This document shows positions 10,163 through 19,528 of a stretch of DNA of 60,623 bases, piece after piece. Numbering within the stretch: position 1 is the stretch's first letter; every line of letters begins with the position of its first letter. The notes under the pieces were generated by a model. The model was not told the DNA's origin and did not search any database. It was given only the letters and a program-made list of their open reading frames with translations. Source of the stretch: Longimicrobiales bacterium (GTDB lineage Bacteria; Gemmatimonadota; Gemmatimonadetes; Longimicrobiales; Gaopeijiaceae); contig CBDANQ010000024.1 of the NCBI GenBank assembly GCA_965197725.1, forward strand, positions 1-60,623. Direction: 5' to 3'. The translations under genes were made by a program, and so were the position numbers.

Positions 10163-10886
10163 GTGGAGCGACCGTGCTCCGTGACTTCCTCTCCCGCCGA
10201 GTGCGCGGCCCCCGCCGCCCCCCGCTGCGACTCCGACCGACCGCGCGAACGCCTGCGATCCCTCGGACCGCACGGCCTGACCGTATCCGAGCTGCTCGCG
10301 ATCCTTGTAGGCAGCGGAACGTCCGGCAGGTCCGCGGTCGACATCGCGCACGCCGTTTCCCGTGACGTGGCGGGGTCCCTCCAGCGCCTCGCCGCGCTCG
10401 ACGTCTCAGAGCTGGAGCACATGCCCGGCGTGGGGCCGCGCGACCGCCGCTCGCATCGTTGCCGCGCTCGAACTGGGACGACGCGCCGCGACGCAGACAC
10501 AGAGCGATTCCGACCGGATCCGGAGCCCGGCCGACGTCTTTCGCCGCATGGGCCCGCGCCTGCACGATCTGCCGCAGGAGGAGTTCCACACGCTGCTTCT
10601 GAACGCCCGACACCGCGTCATGCGCGAGGTTTTCGTGACGCGCGGCATCCTGGACGCGTCGCTCATCCATCCGCGCGAGGTCTTCAGACCCGCGGTGGGG
10701 GAGGGGGCGGCGGCGCTGATTCTCGTGCACAATCACCCGTCCGGAGACCCGACGCCGTCCGCGGAAGACCGCGCAGTGACCCGCCAGCTCATCGACGCGG
10801 GGCGCGTGCTCGGGATCCCCGTACTCGATCACGTGGTGGTAGGGAGAGGGAGCTACCGTTCGCTCATGGAGCGAGAAGCTGGCTGA
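10163..10886 (+). CDS. radC: RadC (JAB/MPN domain) protein, +1 frameshift at about 10432-10435
   Basis: DRPRERL..ELLAILVGSG in one frame and HPREVF, VHNHPSGDPTPS..D, LDHVVVG in the next. Removing one G from TGGGGCC joins them. Confidence 0.9.
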
Positions 10887-10936
10887 TCACCGTATCCCCT
10901 TTTCGGAAACATCTGAAGTCAATTGGCGAAAACGCG

Positions 10937-10966
10937 TTGACCTCGGGCGGGGAGGAAACGTATCTT
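10937..10966 (+). promoter_or_regulatory. Candidate sigma70 promoter of the LysM gene
   Basis: TTGACC-N18-TATCTT, ending about 54 nt upstream of ATG 11020. Confidence 0.55.
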
Positions 10967-11019
10967 CCGGCAGTGTTCATGGGGCGCAAAGCCCCGTCCT
11001 ACTTGCCGAAGGAGCCCGC

Positions 11020-12048
11020 ATGGTTCGCTCGGCCGCGATGATGCTCGCCGCAGTGATTCTGCCAGGAATTGCCCTCGCCCAGCAGGCGCAGGGAAACCAC
11101 ACCGTCATCGACGGCGACACGCTGTGGGACCTCGCGGAGCAATACTATGACGACCCCTTCGACTGGCGCCGTATTTGGGACGCCAATCGGGCGGGCGTCG
11201 CCGACCCGAACCTGATTCTACCGGGTCAGGTGCTCGTCATCCCCGGTACGGAGCCTACGGCGGCGGTCACGGCAGAGGTCACGGACGTCGCCGTAGAGTC
11301 GCCAGATCCGCTGGACCCCGCGGACATTCCAACGATCTTCGTTCAAGACAGGTCGGTCGTTCGCGGTGGCGTGGTGAGAGCAGGGGGCTTCGAATACCTG
11401 GCGGTGCCGCGCGACCTCGTCTTCTCCGCTCCGTGGCTCACATACTTCGAAGGTGACCCGGCGCACACTGGAGTGCTCGAGGGTTCGGCGGGTGGCACCA
11501 ACCGCGGCGTGACGGTGCGCTCCTACGAGCGCGTCCGCGTCGCGATGGACGTCCCCGCACGAGTCGGCGAGCAGCTACAGATCTTCACGGTCGACTACGC
11601 GATCGAGGGCGTGGGTCGCGTGGTTCAACCGACTGGGGTGATGACGGTGTCGGCCGTGGTCGATGGCGGCGTCATCGGCGTGATCATCAAGGAGTACGGC
11701 CGTATTCAGCCCGGTCACTTCGTCGGACCGATGCCGGCGTACGATCTGTCCATCGGGGAGTACGCCGATCCCGTGCGTGGAGGAGACGCGGCGATGGTGA
11801 TGGGCTTCGCGAGTGGGGCTTCGCTGCGCAGCATCGGGCAGGTCGCGTTCCTCGACCTCGGCGCCGATGACGGGATTGCGGTCGGCGACGAGTTCACCCT
11901 CTACAACTCGTCCGATACCGACGCAGTGGAGGGAGTGCTCCAGGTGGTCGGACTGGCTGATGAGACCTCCGCGGCTCGCGTCATGAGAATGAGGGACGCG
12001 GTCTTCGAGCAGGGGGTGGTAGTGCGCCTCACCAGGAAGATGCGCTGA
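11020..12048 (+). CDS. Secreted LysM-domain protein, TsaP-like
   Basis: Signal peptide, then HTVIDGDTLWDLAEQYYDDPFDWRRIWDAN..DPNLILPGQVL (LysM), then a beta-rich C-terminal region. Confidence 0.8.
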   Translation: MVRSAAMMLAAVILPGIALAQQAQGNHTVIDGDTLWDLAEQYYDDPFDWRRIWDANRAGVADPNLILPGQVLVIPGTEPTAAVTAEVTDVAVESPDPLDPADIPTIFVQDRSVVRGGVVRAGGFEYLAVPRDLVFSAPWLTYFEGDPAHTGVLEGSAGGTNRGVTVRSYERVRVAMDVPARVGEQLQIFTVDYAIEGVGRVVQPTGVMTVSAVVDGGVIGVIIKEYGRIQPGHFVGPMPAYDLSIGEYADPVRGGDAAMVMGFASGASLRSIGQVAFLDLGADDGIAVGDEFTLYNSSDTDAVEGVLQVVGLADETSAARVMRMRDAVFEQGVVVRLTRKMR

Positions 12049-12120
12049 TTGGTGACGCGAGGAGACTCCAAGCCCTCGCGTCCATCCGGCACTTCTACCA
12101 CGGGCTGCCACGCAAACCCT

Positions 12121-12160
12121 AGAGTCCCCACCGGTTCCGTCCGGTGGGGACTCTCTTTCA
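12121..12160 (+). terminator. Perfect 14-bp stem hairpin, possible intrinsic terminator or attenuator
   Basis: AGAGTCCCCACCGG-ttccgt-CCGGTGGGGACTCT followed by CTTTC (weak U tail). Confidence 0.5.
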
Positions 12161-12170
12161 TGGGACGGCA

Positions 12171-13142
12171 ATGACCGAACCGAAACGGAGAGTGTTGGTG
12201 ACGGGAGGCGCCGGTTTCATCGGCAGTCACGTCGCGGACGCGTATCTGGCGGCGGGCGACGAGGTCTGGATCGTTGACAACCTCTCCGCGGGCCGGCGGG
12301 ACAACGTTCCGGATGCAGCCCGCTTGGTCGAGATGGACATCCGATCGGCCGACGAGGTCCGTGATCTCTTCCGCGAGGTCCGCTTCGATCTGGTGAACCA
12401 TCACGCAGCCCAGATCGACGTGCGCGTGTCCGTGACCGACCCGGCGAAGGACGCTGCGGTCAACGTGCATGGCTTGCTCAGCCTCACCGAGGCGGCGATC
12501 GAGGTGGGTACTCGGCGCTTCGTGTTCGTGAGCAGCGGCGGCGTGGTATACGGCGAACCGGAGTTGATTCCGACGCCCGAAACGGCGCCGAAGGGTCCGC
12601 TCTCCCCCTACGGTGTCACCAAGCTGACGGGCGAGTTCTACCTCAACTACTACAGGCGCGTCCGGGGCCTGGACTACGTCGCGCTGCGGTATTCGAACGT
12701 GTACGGTCCTCGCCAGGATCCGCATGGTGAGGCGGGTGTAGTAGCGATCTTCTCGACACGGTTGCAGGACGGCGCTGCGCTCACAGTCTTCGGGGATGGC
12801 GAACAGACGCGGGACTACATTTTCGTACGAGACGTCGTCTCGGCGAACATGCTGGTCTCGGACCTCGAGCTGCCCGTTTCGGGCAAGCTCGATGATCGGG
12901 CGTTCAACGTCGGGACGGGCGTGGGTACGAGCGTCAACGGCCTCGCGGACGTGCTCGAGTCGGTCACGTCGGTTCAGCCGGGGCGGAAGCACGAGGCTGA
13001 GCGTCCCGGGGAGCTACGGCACAGCACGCTGAACACGCACAAGCTGCGGGCCCACGGATGGGCTCCGGCGCATACGTTGGAACAGGGCTTGCAAGAGACC
13101 TACACGTTCATCCGAGATCAGAGGGCGGGAGGCCCCGCATGA
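12171..13142 (+). CDS. NAD-dependent epimerase/dehydratase (UDP-glucose 4-epimerase-like)
   Basis: VTGGAGFIGSHV, AAQIDVRVSV, YGVTK, NVYGPRQDPHGEAGVV. Confidence 0.9.
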   Translation: MTEPKRRVLVTGGAGFIGSHVADAYLAAGDEVWIVDNLSAGRRDNVPDAARLVEMDIRSADEVRDLFREVRFDLVNHHAAQIDVRVSVTDPAKDAAVNVHGLLSLTEAAIEVGTRRFVFVSSGGVVYGEPELIPTPETAPKGPLSPYGVTKLTGEFYLNYYRRVRGLDYVALRYSNVYGPRQDPHGEAGVVAIFSTRLQDGAALTVFGDGEQTRDYIFVRDVVSANMLVSDLELPVSGKLDDRAFNVGTGVGTSVNGLADVLESVTSVQPGRKHEAERPGELRHSTLNTHKLRAHGWAPAHTLEQGLQETYTFIRDQRAGGPA

Positions 13143-13861
13143 CCCTAGCGTCTCTACCCCTCTTCCAGGCACGTCCGCCCACGAGCATGTTCGACATGGT
13201 GGTCGGTGGCACGCTGCCGACCAAGATCGTTTTGCTCGTGCTCGCGGCGGGGTCGCTCTTCACCTGGTGGCTGATCTTCCACAAGTGGAAGCAGTTCCGT
13301 GAGGTCCGTCAGCAGGGCGACAGCTTCCTCGAGTACATGGAGCGTGCCCAGCGGCTCGAGGATGCGTACAAGGCGATCCTGTCTCTGCCGGAGTCACCGT
13401 ATGGCCGGGTTTTCCGCCAGGGCGTGAACTTCTTCAGCGAGCTCCGGCCCGGCGCACTTCGTGAGGGCGCGCAGCCGATCGAGGGCCTCTCGCTCACCCA
13501 ACTCGAAGCGTTGAGGCTCGTCCTGGAGAAAGAGGAAGCGGAAGAGCGAGACGAGCTCGCACACGGGCTCGGTTGGCTCGCGACCATCGGCTCGGTGTCA
13601 CCGCTGATGGGGCTCATGGGCACCGTCATCGGCATCATGAACGCATTCCTGGGCATCACGTCAGCCGGCTCGAGCAACATCATGGCGGTTGCACCCGGCG
13701 TTGCGGAGGCGCTCATCACGACGGTCGCCGGCCTCGCGGTCGCGATTCCCGCCGTGATGGCCTACAACCATTTCGTGGCACAGCTCAACCTGGTGAGCGG
13801 GGAGCTCGAGGGATTCTCGAGCGAGTTCATCGGCACGCTTGCGCGGGAGGGTCTGGTCTAG
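13139..13861 (+). CDS. tolQ: TolQ (MotA/TolQ/ExbB family)
   Basis: LATIGSVSPLMGLMGTVIGIM, VAPGVAEALITTVAGLAVAIPA. First gene of the tol-pal cluster. Confidence 0.9.
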   Translation: MTLASLPLFQARPPTSMFDMVVGGTLPTKIVLLVLAAGSLFTWWLIFHKWKQFREVRQQGDSFLEYMERAQRLEDAYKAILSLPESPYGRVFRQGVNFFSELRPGALREGAQPIEGLSLTQLEALRLVLEKEEAEERDELAHGLGWLATIGSVSPLMGLMGTVIGIMNAFLGITSAGSSNIMAVAPGVAEALITTVAGLAVAIPAVMAYNHFVAQLNLVSGELEGFSSEFIGTLAREGLV

Positions 13862-13889
13862 TGCCCGCCAGAGCCGCTGCGAGGTCGCC

Positions 13890-14321
13890 GTGAGTCTGGG
13901 AACCCGCCGCCGGGCGCGCGCTAGCCGGTCCGACCTCCCGGTGAATGCGGACATCAACGTCACGAGCCTGGTCGACGTGGCTTTTACTCTGCTCGTGATC
14001 TTCATCATCACGATGCCGATCATGCAGGGTGGCATAGAGGTATCCGTCCCGAAGGCAAACGTGCAGCCTCTGACCTCCCAGGAGCGTCCGTTCTACATCA
14101 CGGTGACTGCGGACGGTACGATCTATATGGAGGAGTCCGTGGTTACGGGCGAGGAGCTGGAGTCCGGGCTCGGGCAGTTGTTGAGCGCTGGCGACATCGA
14201 GCGAGTGTACCTCAGGGGTGATTCGCTCGCGCCCTTCGGCCCGGTCGTGCGCGTGATGTCGACCGCCCAGAACAGCGGCGTGAACTGGTCCATCGTGGCC
14301 GAGCCCTACACCGGGAACTGA
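13890..14321 (+). CDS. tolR: TolR/ExbD family protein
   Basis: ADINVTSLVDVAFTLLVIFIITMP, VYLRGD. Confidence 0.9.
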   Translation: MSLGTRRRARASRSDLPVNADINVTSLVDVAFTLLVIFIITMPIMQGGIEVSVPKANVQPLTSQERPFYITVTADGTIYMEESVVTGEELESGLGQLLSAGDIERVYLRGDSLAPFGPVVRVMSTAQNSGVNWSIVAEPYTGN

Positions 14322-14327
14322 CGGAGC

Positions 14328-15092
14328 ATGCCACGTCGTCCGGACCCGTTCGACAAGAGGAGCATGGCGGCCTCGTTCGGCGTGCACGCGAGCATCTTCC
14401 TCGTCTTTTGGCTGAGCGGTCTCTCGCGTACCGAACCGATGGAGTTCATCACGTACGAGATCGTGCTCGTCTCGCCCCCGCCGGCTGTGCAAGCCGAGGT
14501 GACCCAACCGGCGACCGAGGAGATGGTCGTCGAGCGCCCCGATCCCACGCCGCCCGACCCAGAGCCGGAGCAGGAGCAGGAGGTCGTGCCAGTGGAGGCG
14601 GAAGACGATCCGGCACCCAAGCCACCGGAGCCCGAGACGACGCCGGTCGAAGCATTGGCAGAAGAAGAGGAGACGCCCCCCTCGGCTCCGGAAGACCCGC
14701 CCGAGGACGCGGAGGAGTCGGGCGAGGACATCAACGTTCGGTTGGAAGGTGTGCGCCGCGACTACCCTGCCTACTACAACCGCATCATCCAGCAGATCAA
14801 CAACTGCTTCCGCCCTCCGCGCGATGGCCGCGACTGGGCCACCACCGTCGTGTTCAACATCGAGCGCGACGGGTCAGTCGAAGGCCTCGAGTTCGTTACG
14901 CGTTCGGGCAGCTTCGACTTCGACTTCAGCGCGATGGGTGCCGTCGAGTGCGCGGGCAATGGGCGCTTCGGGCCGCTGCCCGACGACTTGCCGTACGACC
15001 GACTTCCGGTCCAATTCGAGTTCAAGCCAGGTGGTGAGCCGCTCGGTGTATTCGCCCGGCCCGGCCGCCCGAGCGAGGTGACGAGCCCGTGA
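14328..15092 (+). CDS. tolA: TolA/TonB C-terminal domain protein
   Basis: N-terminal TM with S..H motif, Pro/Glu-rich linker and TonB_C-like domain (FNIERDGSV..SGSFDFD). Lies between tolR and tolB. Confidence 0.75.
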   Translation: MPRRPDPFDKRSMAASFGVHASIFLVFWLSGLSRTEPMEFITYEIVLVSPPPAVQAEVTQPATEEMVVERPDPTPPDPEPEQEQEVVPVEAEDDPAPKPPEPETTPVEALAEEEETPPSAPEDPPEDAEESGEDINVRLEGVRRDYPAYYNRIIQQINNCFRPPRDGRDWATTVVFNIERDGSVEGLEFVTRSGSFDFDFSAMGAVECAGNGRFGPLPDDLPYDRLPVQFEFKPGGEPLGVFARPGRPSEVTSP

Positions 15093-16465
15093 GACGATTG
15101 AGTGTGTGCAAGCGTGTGAGCGGGGGGGCCGTTGTGCTGGCGGGCATGGTCACAGTAGGGGCCCCAGCGGTGAGCGCGCAGGACCGGGAGTCGATTCCGG
15201 GCGTGAGTCTGGGCCTGGTATACGAGAACGAGCCCCAGCCGGCGCTGGCGATCCAGCCGTTCACGGGCCGCTTCGGCGGCGCGGGGCTCGCTTCGCGGGT
15301 TCAAGCCGTCGTCGGACGGGATCTGCGCAACTCCGACCGTTTCCAGGTGATGGACTCGCTGCCAGCCGGGCTCGTGGGCGACGTCGTCGACTACTCGCTG
15401 TGGGACCGTCTCGGGGCGGTTTGGCTGGTGACCGGTCAAGTCGAAGGTGCCGGGGAAGGCTACGTCTTGATTCTGGAGCTTCACGACGTCGTGTACCGTC
15501 GCACTGTCGAGCGGGGCCGCTTCCGGATCCCGGACCCGGCGGACGACGATTTCCGCATGGCGGTGCATCGGGCTTCTGACGAGGCTGTGCTTTGGGCGAC
15601 GGGCGATCCAGGCATGGCGGCGAGCCGCATCGCCTTCACGATGACGGACAGCGACTACAACACCGATATCTACCGCATCGACGCAGACGGCGAGAATCTC
15701 CATCGGGTAACGAACTTCCGAGATATCACGTTGTCCCCGGCCTGGTCTCCCGATGGCTCGAAGATCGCCTACGTGTCCTACAAGACGACCGGCTTCCCTC
15801 GCATATACGAGCGCAACTTGGCGACCGGCGAGGAGCGCATGCTGCCCGAGGTGCGGGGCGCCGGAGACTACATCACGCCGGCCTACAGCCCCAGTGGCTC
15901 CACGCTGGTCTTTTCGGTCTTGGGAAGCGGACGCAGCGGGGTCTTCACCTACAACCTGGAGCGGGACTGTTGCCTCTCGTATCTCTCCAGCGGGCCATGG
16001 TACGACATCTCCCCCACGTATTCGGCCGACGGCGATTGGCTAGCCTTCCAGACCGACCGCTTTGGGACCCGCGTTCCTCAGATCATGGTGATGCCCTCCG
16101 AGGGTGGCGAGGCGGAAACGCTGTCTCCATACGAGTACGGCGGCCGGGGCTACTACACGTCGCCCGACTGGTCCCCTGACGGAAACCTGGTGGCCTTCCA
16201 CGGTGCGATCCGCCGCGGCGCGTACCACATCCTCGTTGCGGACATGGAGACCGACGGCCGGCGGCTGCGTCAGCTCACGTGGGAGGGAAACAACGAGGAC
16301 CCGAGTTGGGCCCCGGACGCCCGGCACCTGGTATTTTCGGGCGAGCGGCGGTGGGGCTTCGGACTGTTCGTCGTCGATATCGCTACGGGGCGACTCCGGC
16401 CGATCCTGGCCGGGCGGCGCGTCGGGGTCCCGGACTGGTCTCCCGCGCTCCCGCCCGTGCGCTGA
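15089..16465 (+). CDS. tolB: TolB, Tol-Pal beta-propeller protein
   Basis: PD40 repeats SPAWSPDGSKIAY, PDWSPDG, PSWAPD. Confidence 0.9.
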   Translation: MRRLSVCKRVSGGAVVLAGMVTVGAPAVSAQDRESIPGVSLGLVYENEPQPALAIQPFTGRFGGAGLASRVQAVVGRDLRNSDRFQVMDSLPAGLVGDVVDYSLWDRLGAVWLVTGQVEGAGEGYVLILELHDVVYRRTVERGRFRIPDPADDDFRMAVHRASDEAVLWATGDPGMAASRIAFTMTDSDYNTDIYRIDADGENLHRVTNFRDITLSPAWSPDGSKIAYVSYKTTGFPRIYERNLATGEERMLPEVRGAGDYITPAYSPSGSTLVFSVLGSGRSGVFTYNLERDCCLSYLSSGPWYDISPTYSADGDWLAFQTDRFGTRVPQIMVMPSEGGEAETLSPYEYGGRGYYTSPDWSPDGNLVAFHGAIRRGAYHILVADMETDGRRLRQLTWEGNNEDPSWAPDARHLVFSGERRWGFGLFVVDIATGRLRPILAGRRVGVPDWSPALPPVR

Positions 16466-16668
16466 GCCCGAACCACCATGCGTTCCGATCCAACGATTGA
16501 AACCGTGAGCGAAAGTGCGCCGCGAACGTTGCGCCAGCACACTTTTTCGCCTATATGCCATGGGGTCTTTCCCAACCGGGAAAGCACATTAGCTTCGTTG
16601 CGGTGTTCACTCCTGTCGGAGTGGCAACCTCACGTACGCAATACTGTTCGTTCAACCCGGGAGCAGGG

Positions 16669-17259
16669 ATGATCGTCCGCCGTTTCTCCGTCGCGGTTCT
16701 AGCCGCCACACTCGCCGTGGGTGCCTGTAGGGGTGACCCGCCTCCCCCGCCGGCGCCGATGATGGATCAGGATTCGCTGCGGGCCTACAATGACTCCGTG
16801 GCGGCGGCCGCTGCCGCGGCACGTGAGGAAGCGGCCCGCTTGGCCGCCGAACGCGCCGAAGAAGCCGCGCGTGCGCGCGCGGTCGCCGCCGCGCGAGCCA
16901 CGCTCGAAGCGGCTGTATTCTTCGACTTTGACGTCTCGGAAGTCCGGGCCGACCAGCAGGCGCTGCTACGCCAAAAGGTAGCCGTCCTGCGGGCGAGCCC
17001 CGCAGTGCGGCTTCGGATTGAGGGCCACGCGGACGAACGCGGTTCGACCGAGTACAACATGGCGCTCGGCAACCGACGCGCGTCCGCCGTGCGGGACTAT
17101 CTGACGGGCTTCGGCCTGCCGGAGAGCCGGTTCGCCATCGTCTCGTTCGGGGAGCAACGTCCACGGGCGAGGGGTTCGAACGAGGACGCCTGGGCGCAAA
17201 ACCGCCGAGGTGAATTCGTCCTCACCGCCGGCGCGAGCGCGATTAACCCCGGCAACTGA
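16669..17259 (+). CDS. pal: Peptidoglycan-associated lipoprotein Pal
   Basis: Lipobox VGAC, IEGHADERGSTEYNMALGNRRA, AWAQNRR. Confidence 0.95.
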   Translation: MIVRRFSVAVLAATLAVGACRGDPPPPPAPMMDQDSLRAYNDSVAAAAAAAREEAARLAAERAEEAARARAVAAARATLEAAVFFDFDVSEVRADQQALLRQKVAVLRASPAVRLRIEGHADERGSTEYNMALGNRRASAVRDYLTGFGLPESRFAIVSFGEQRPRARGSNEDAWAQNRRGEFVLTAGASAINPGN

Positions 17260-17311
17260 CGGCATGACCCTTGCGGGACCCCTCCTCCGGGACAACCGGG
17301 GGGAGGGGTCC

Positions 17312-18106
17312 ATGTGTATGATGAGACGTACGCAACGCTCCGTGGCGGCCCGCGTCATGTTGACGGTGGCCGCCGTTGTCACGCTCGAATCCTGCGCGAC
17401 GAAGGGTGACCTTCGCGATCTGCAAACTGAGATCCGGTTGCTGGCGGTGCGGGAAGACACGCTTCTGGGGCAGTTGCGCATGGAGACACTGTCCACTCAG
17501 GACAGCGTGCGCACCCAGTCCGATCAGATCTTCGACTTCCGCGGCGAGATCACGCGGCAGCTCCGTGAGATCGGGCGGACGCTCGCGACGATCGAGGCGC
17601 TCGCTGGGCAGAACCAGCAGGCCATCGCCGGCGTTCGAGACCGGATGGCGAGTCTGCGCCGCGCCGAGCGAGCGCGGCCGCCGACCACCGCCGATGATTC
17701 GACGCGGGCGCTGGTGCGGGGCGGCGGTGGCGGCGACCCGGCGGAGCTGTACCGCACGGCCCAGGAGCAGAGGTCGCGTGGTTCGCTGAACACGGCGCGC
17801 GCGGCGTTCGAGGAGTTCCTGGCGCGGCACCCGAACCATGAGCTCGCGCCCGACGCGCACTTCTTTGTGGCCGACGTCCTGTACCAGCAGGAGAACTTCG
17901 AGGATGCGCTCGAGGCGTTCCAGGAAGTCCAGGCACGGTTCCCGACGGCGGCCCGCGTTCCTGATGCGTTGTACAGGATCGCTCTGATCCAGATCGAGAT
18001 GGACGACATGGACGACGCCGAGCGGACGTTGGAGCGCATAGTGAACACGTATCCCGGGACGATCACCGCAGAGCTCGCGGGGGACAAGCTCGACGAGATT
18101 CGGTGA
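17312..18106 (+). CDS. cpoB: CpoB/YbgF Tol-Pal coordinator
   Basis: Lipoprotein-like CATK, coiled coil, and C-terminal TPRs (HPNHELAPDAHF, RVPDALYRIA). Downstream of pal. Confidence 0.85.
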   Translation: MCMMRRTQRSVAARVMLTVAAVVTLESCATKGDLRDLQTEIRLLAVREDTLLGQLRMETLSTQDSVRTQSDQIFDFRGEITRQLREIGRTLATIEALAGQNQQAIAGVRDRMASLRRAERARPPTTADDSTRALVRGGGGGDPAELYRTAQEQRSRGSLNTARAAFEEFLARHPNHELAPDAHFFVADVLYQQENFEDALEAFQEVQARFPTAARVPDALYRIALIQIEMDDMDDAERTLERIVNTYPGTITAELAGDKLDEIR

Positions 18107-18182
18107 ACGCCGTCGCGCGGACCACCACTTCGGGCCGCCACGCTCGTGAAGGGACGTGCGCCCTTCGGTCCGCTTCGAGCTG

Positions 18183-18680
18183 ATGAGATGCCCGCAGTGT
18201 GACGCCACCGAGAACCGGGTTGTCGATACGCGGGCGAGCCGGGGTGGCCGCGCGGTGCGCAGGCGCAGGGAGTGCACGGTCTGCGATGCGCGCTTTACGA
18301 CCTACGAGTACATCGAAGAGCGACCCATCCAGGTCCTCAAGCGGTCCGGCGCGGTCGAGGACTTCGACCGCCCCAAGCTGATCGCCAGCGTGAAAGTCGC
18401 GTGCGCCAAGCGCCCAGTCTCGGCGTCGGAGATGGAAGCGCTCGTCGACGACATCGAGGACGAGCTCTCACGGCAGGCGGGTCTGGAAGTCCCCAGCGTG
18501 CAGCTCGGCGCCCTGGTCATGGAGCGGCTCAGCCCGATCGATCGCGTCGCATATGTGCGCTTCGCCTCCGTGTACCGGAACTTCCAGGACGCCGGTGAGT
18601 TCCAGGAATTTGTCGACGAAATGACCGCCGCTCAGAAGCGTGAGGCGCTCCGGAAGAACCAGGTGGAGTTTCCGTTCTGA
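18183..18680 (+). CDS. nrdR: Transcriptional repressor NrdR
   Basis: MRCPQC..RVVDTR, RRRRECTVC..RFTTYE, ATP cone, VAYVRFASVYR. Confidence 0.97.
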   Translation: MRCPQCDATENRVVDTRASRGGRAVRRRRECTVCDARFTTYEYIEERPIQVLKRSGAVEDFDRPKLIASVKVACAKRPVSASEMEALVDDIEDELSRQAGLEVPSVQLGALVMERLSPIDRVAYVRFASVYRNFQDAGEFQEFVDEMTAAQKREALRKNQVEFPF

Positions 18681-18718
18681 GCCGCCGGCACGCGCTCCTC
18701 GAATCGTGCTTCAGATAG

Positions 18719-19528
18719 ATGGTCCGCACCCGAAATCTGCGTGGAGAGATGCCGTTCCTCGATCACCTCGAGGAACTCAGGTGGCACATTCTGTGGTCGG
18801 TGCTGTCAGTGGTCGTGGGCGCGGTGATCGGGTTTGCTTTGGTCTACTACCTGGACGTGCTCGAGTTGCTGATCGCGCCGGTGCGTGTGGCGGCTGGCGA
18901 CCCCGACCTCAAGCTCCAGTACCTCTCTCCCGCGGACTCCTTCTTCGTGACGCTGAAGTTGGCGATCTACGCCGGCTTCATCATGGCCTTCCCGATCGTG
19001 GCGTATCACGTGTGGTCGTTCCTTTCGCCCGCTCTGGATCGGCGGGAGAAACGCCTCATCGTGCCTTCGCTGTACCTCGGCATGCTCCTGTTCATCGGGG
19101 GCATGGCGCTTGCGTATTTCGCGGCGTTGCCGGTCACGCTCCAGTTCTTCCAGAAGTTCCAGACGGGGTCCCTCGCGGCGAACTACGAGATCAACGCCAC
19201 CCTCGGCTTCATCGTGAAGCTATTGCTGGCGTTCGGCGTCGTCTTCGAGCTCCCGATCGTGATCATGGTGCTCAGCATGATGGGGTTGGTCACGCCCAGC
19301 TTCCTCCGCACAAAGCGACGACACGCTATCGTCCTCATCACCGTCGTCGCCAGCTTCATCACCCCCGGTGACGTAGTCGTGCTCACGGTCATGATGATGG
19401 TCCCGCTCGTGTTTCTCTACGAGCTCGGGATCTTCCTCTCGGCGTTCATCTACCGAGGGAAAGCGCAGCGTGAGAAGGAACTCGAGGCCGACCTGACGCC
19501 GCCAGCGGGTTCCGTAGAGGTGCAGTGA
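18719..19528 (+). CDS. tatC: Twin-arginine translocase TatC
   Basis: MPFLDHLEELR, FGVVFELP, ITPGD, LYELGI. Confidence 0.95.
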   Translation: MVRTRNLRGEMPFLDHLEELRWHILWSVLSVVVGAVIGFALVYYLDVLELLIAPVRVAAGDPDLKLQYLSPADSFFVTLKLAIYAGFIMAFPIVAYHVWSFLSPALDRREKRLIVPSLYLGMLLFIGGMALAYFAALPVTLQFFQKFQTGSLAANYEINATLGFIVKLLLAFGVVFELPIVIMVLSMMGLVTPSFLRTKRRHAIVLITVVASFITPGDVVVLTVMMMVPLVFLYELGIFLSAFIYRGKAQREKELEADLTPPAGSVEVQ

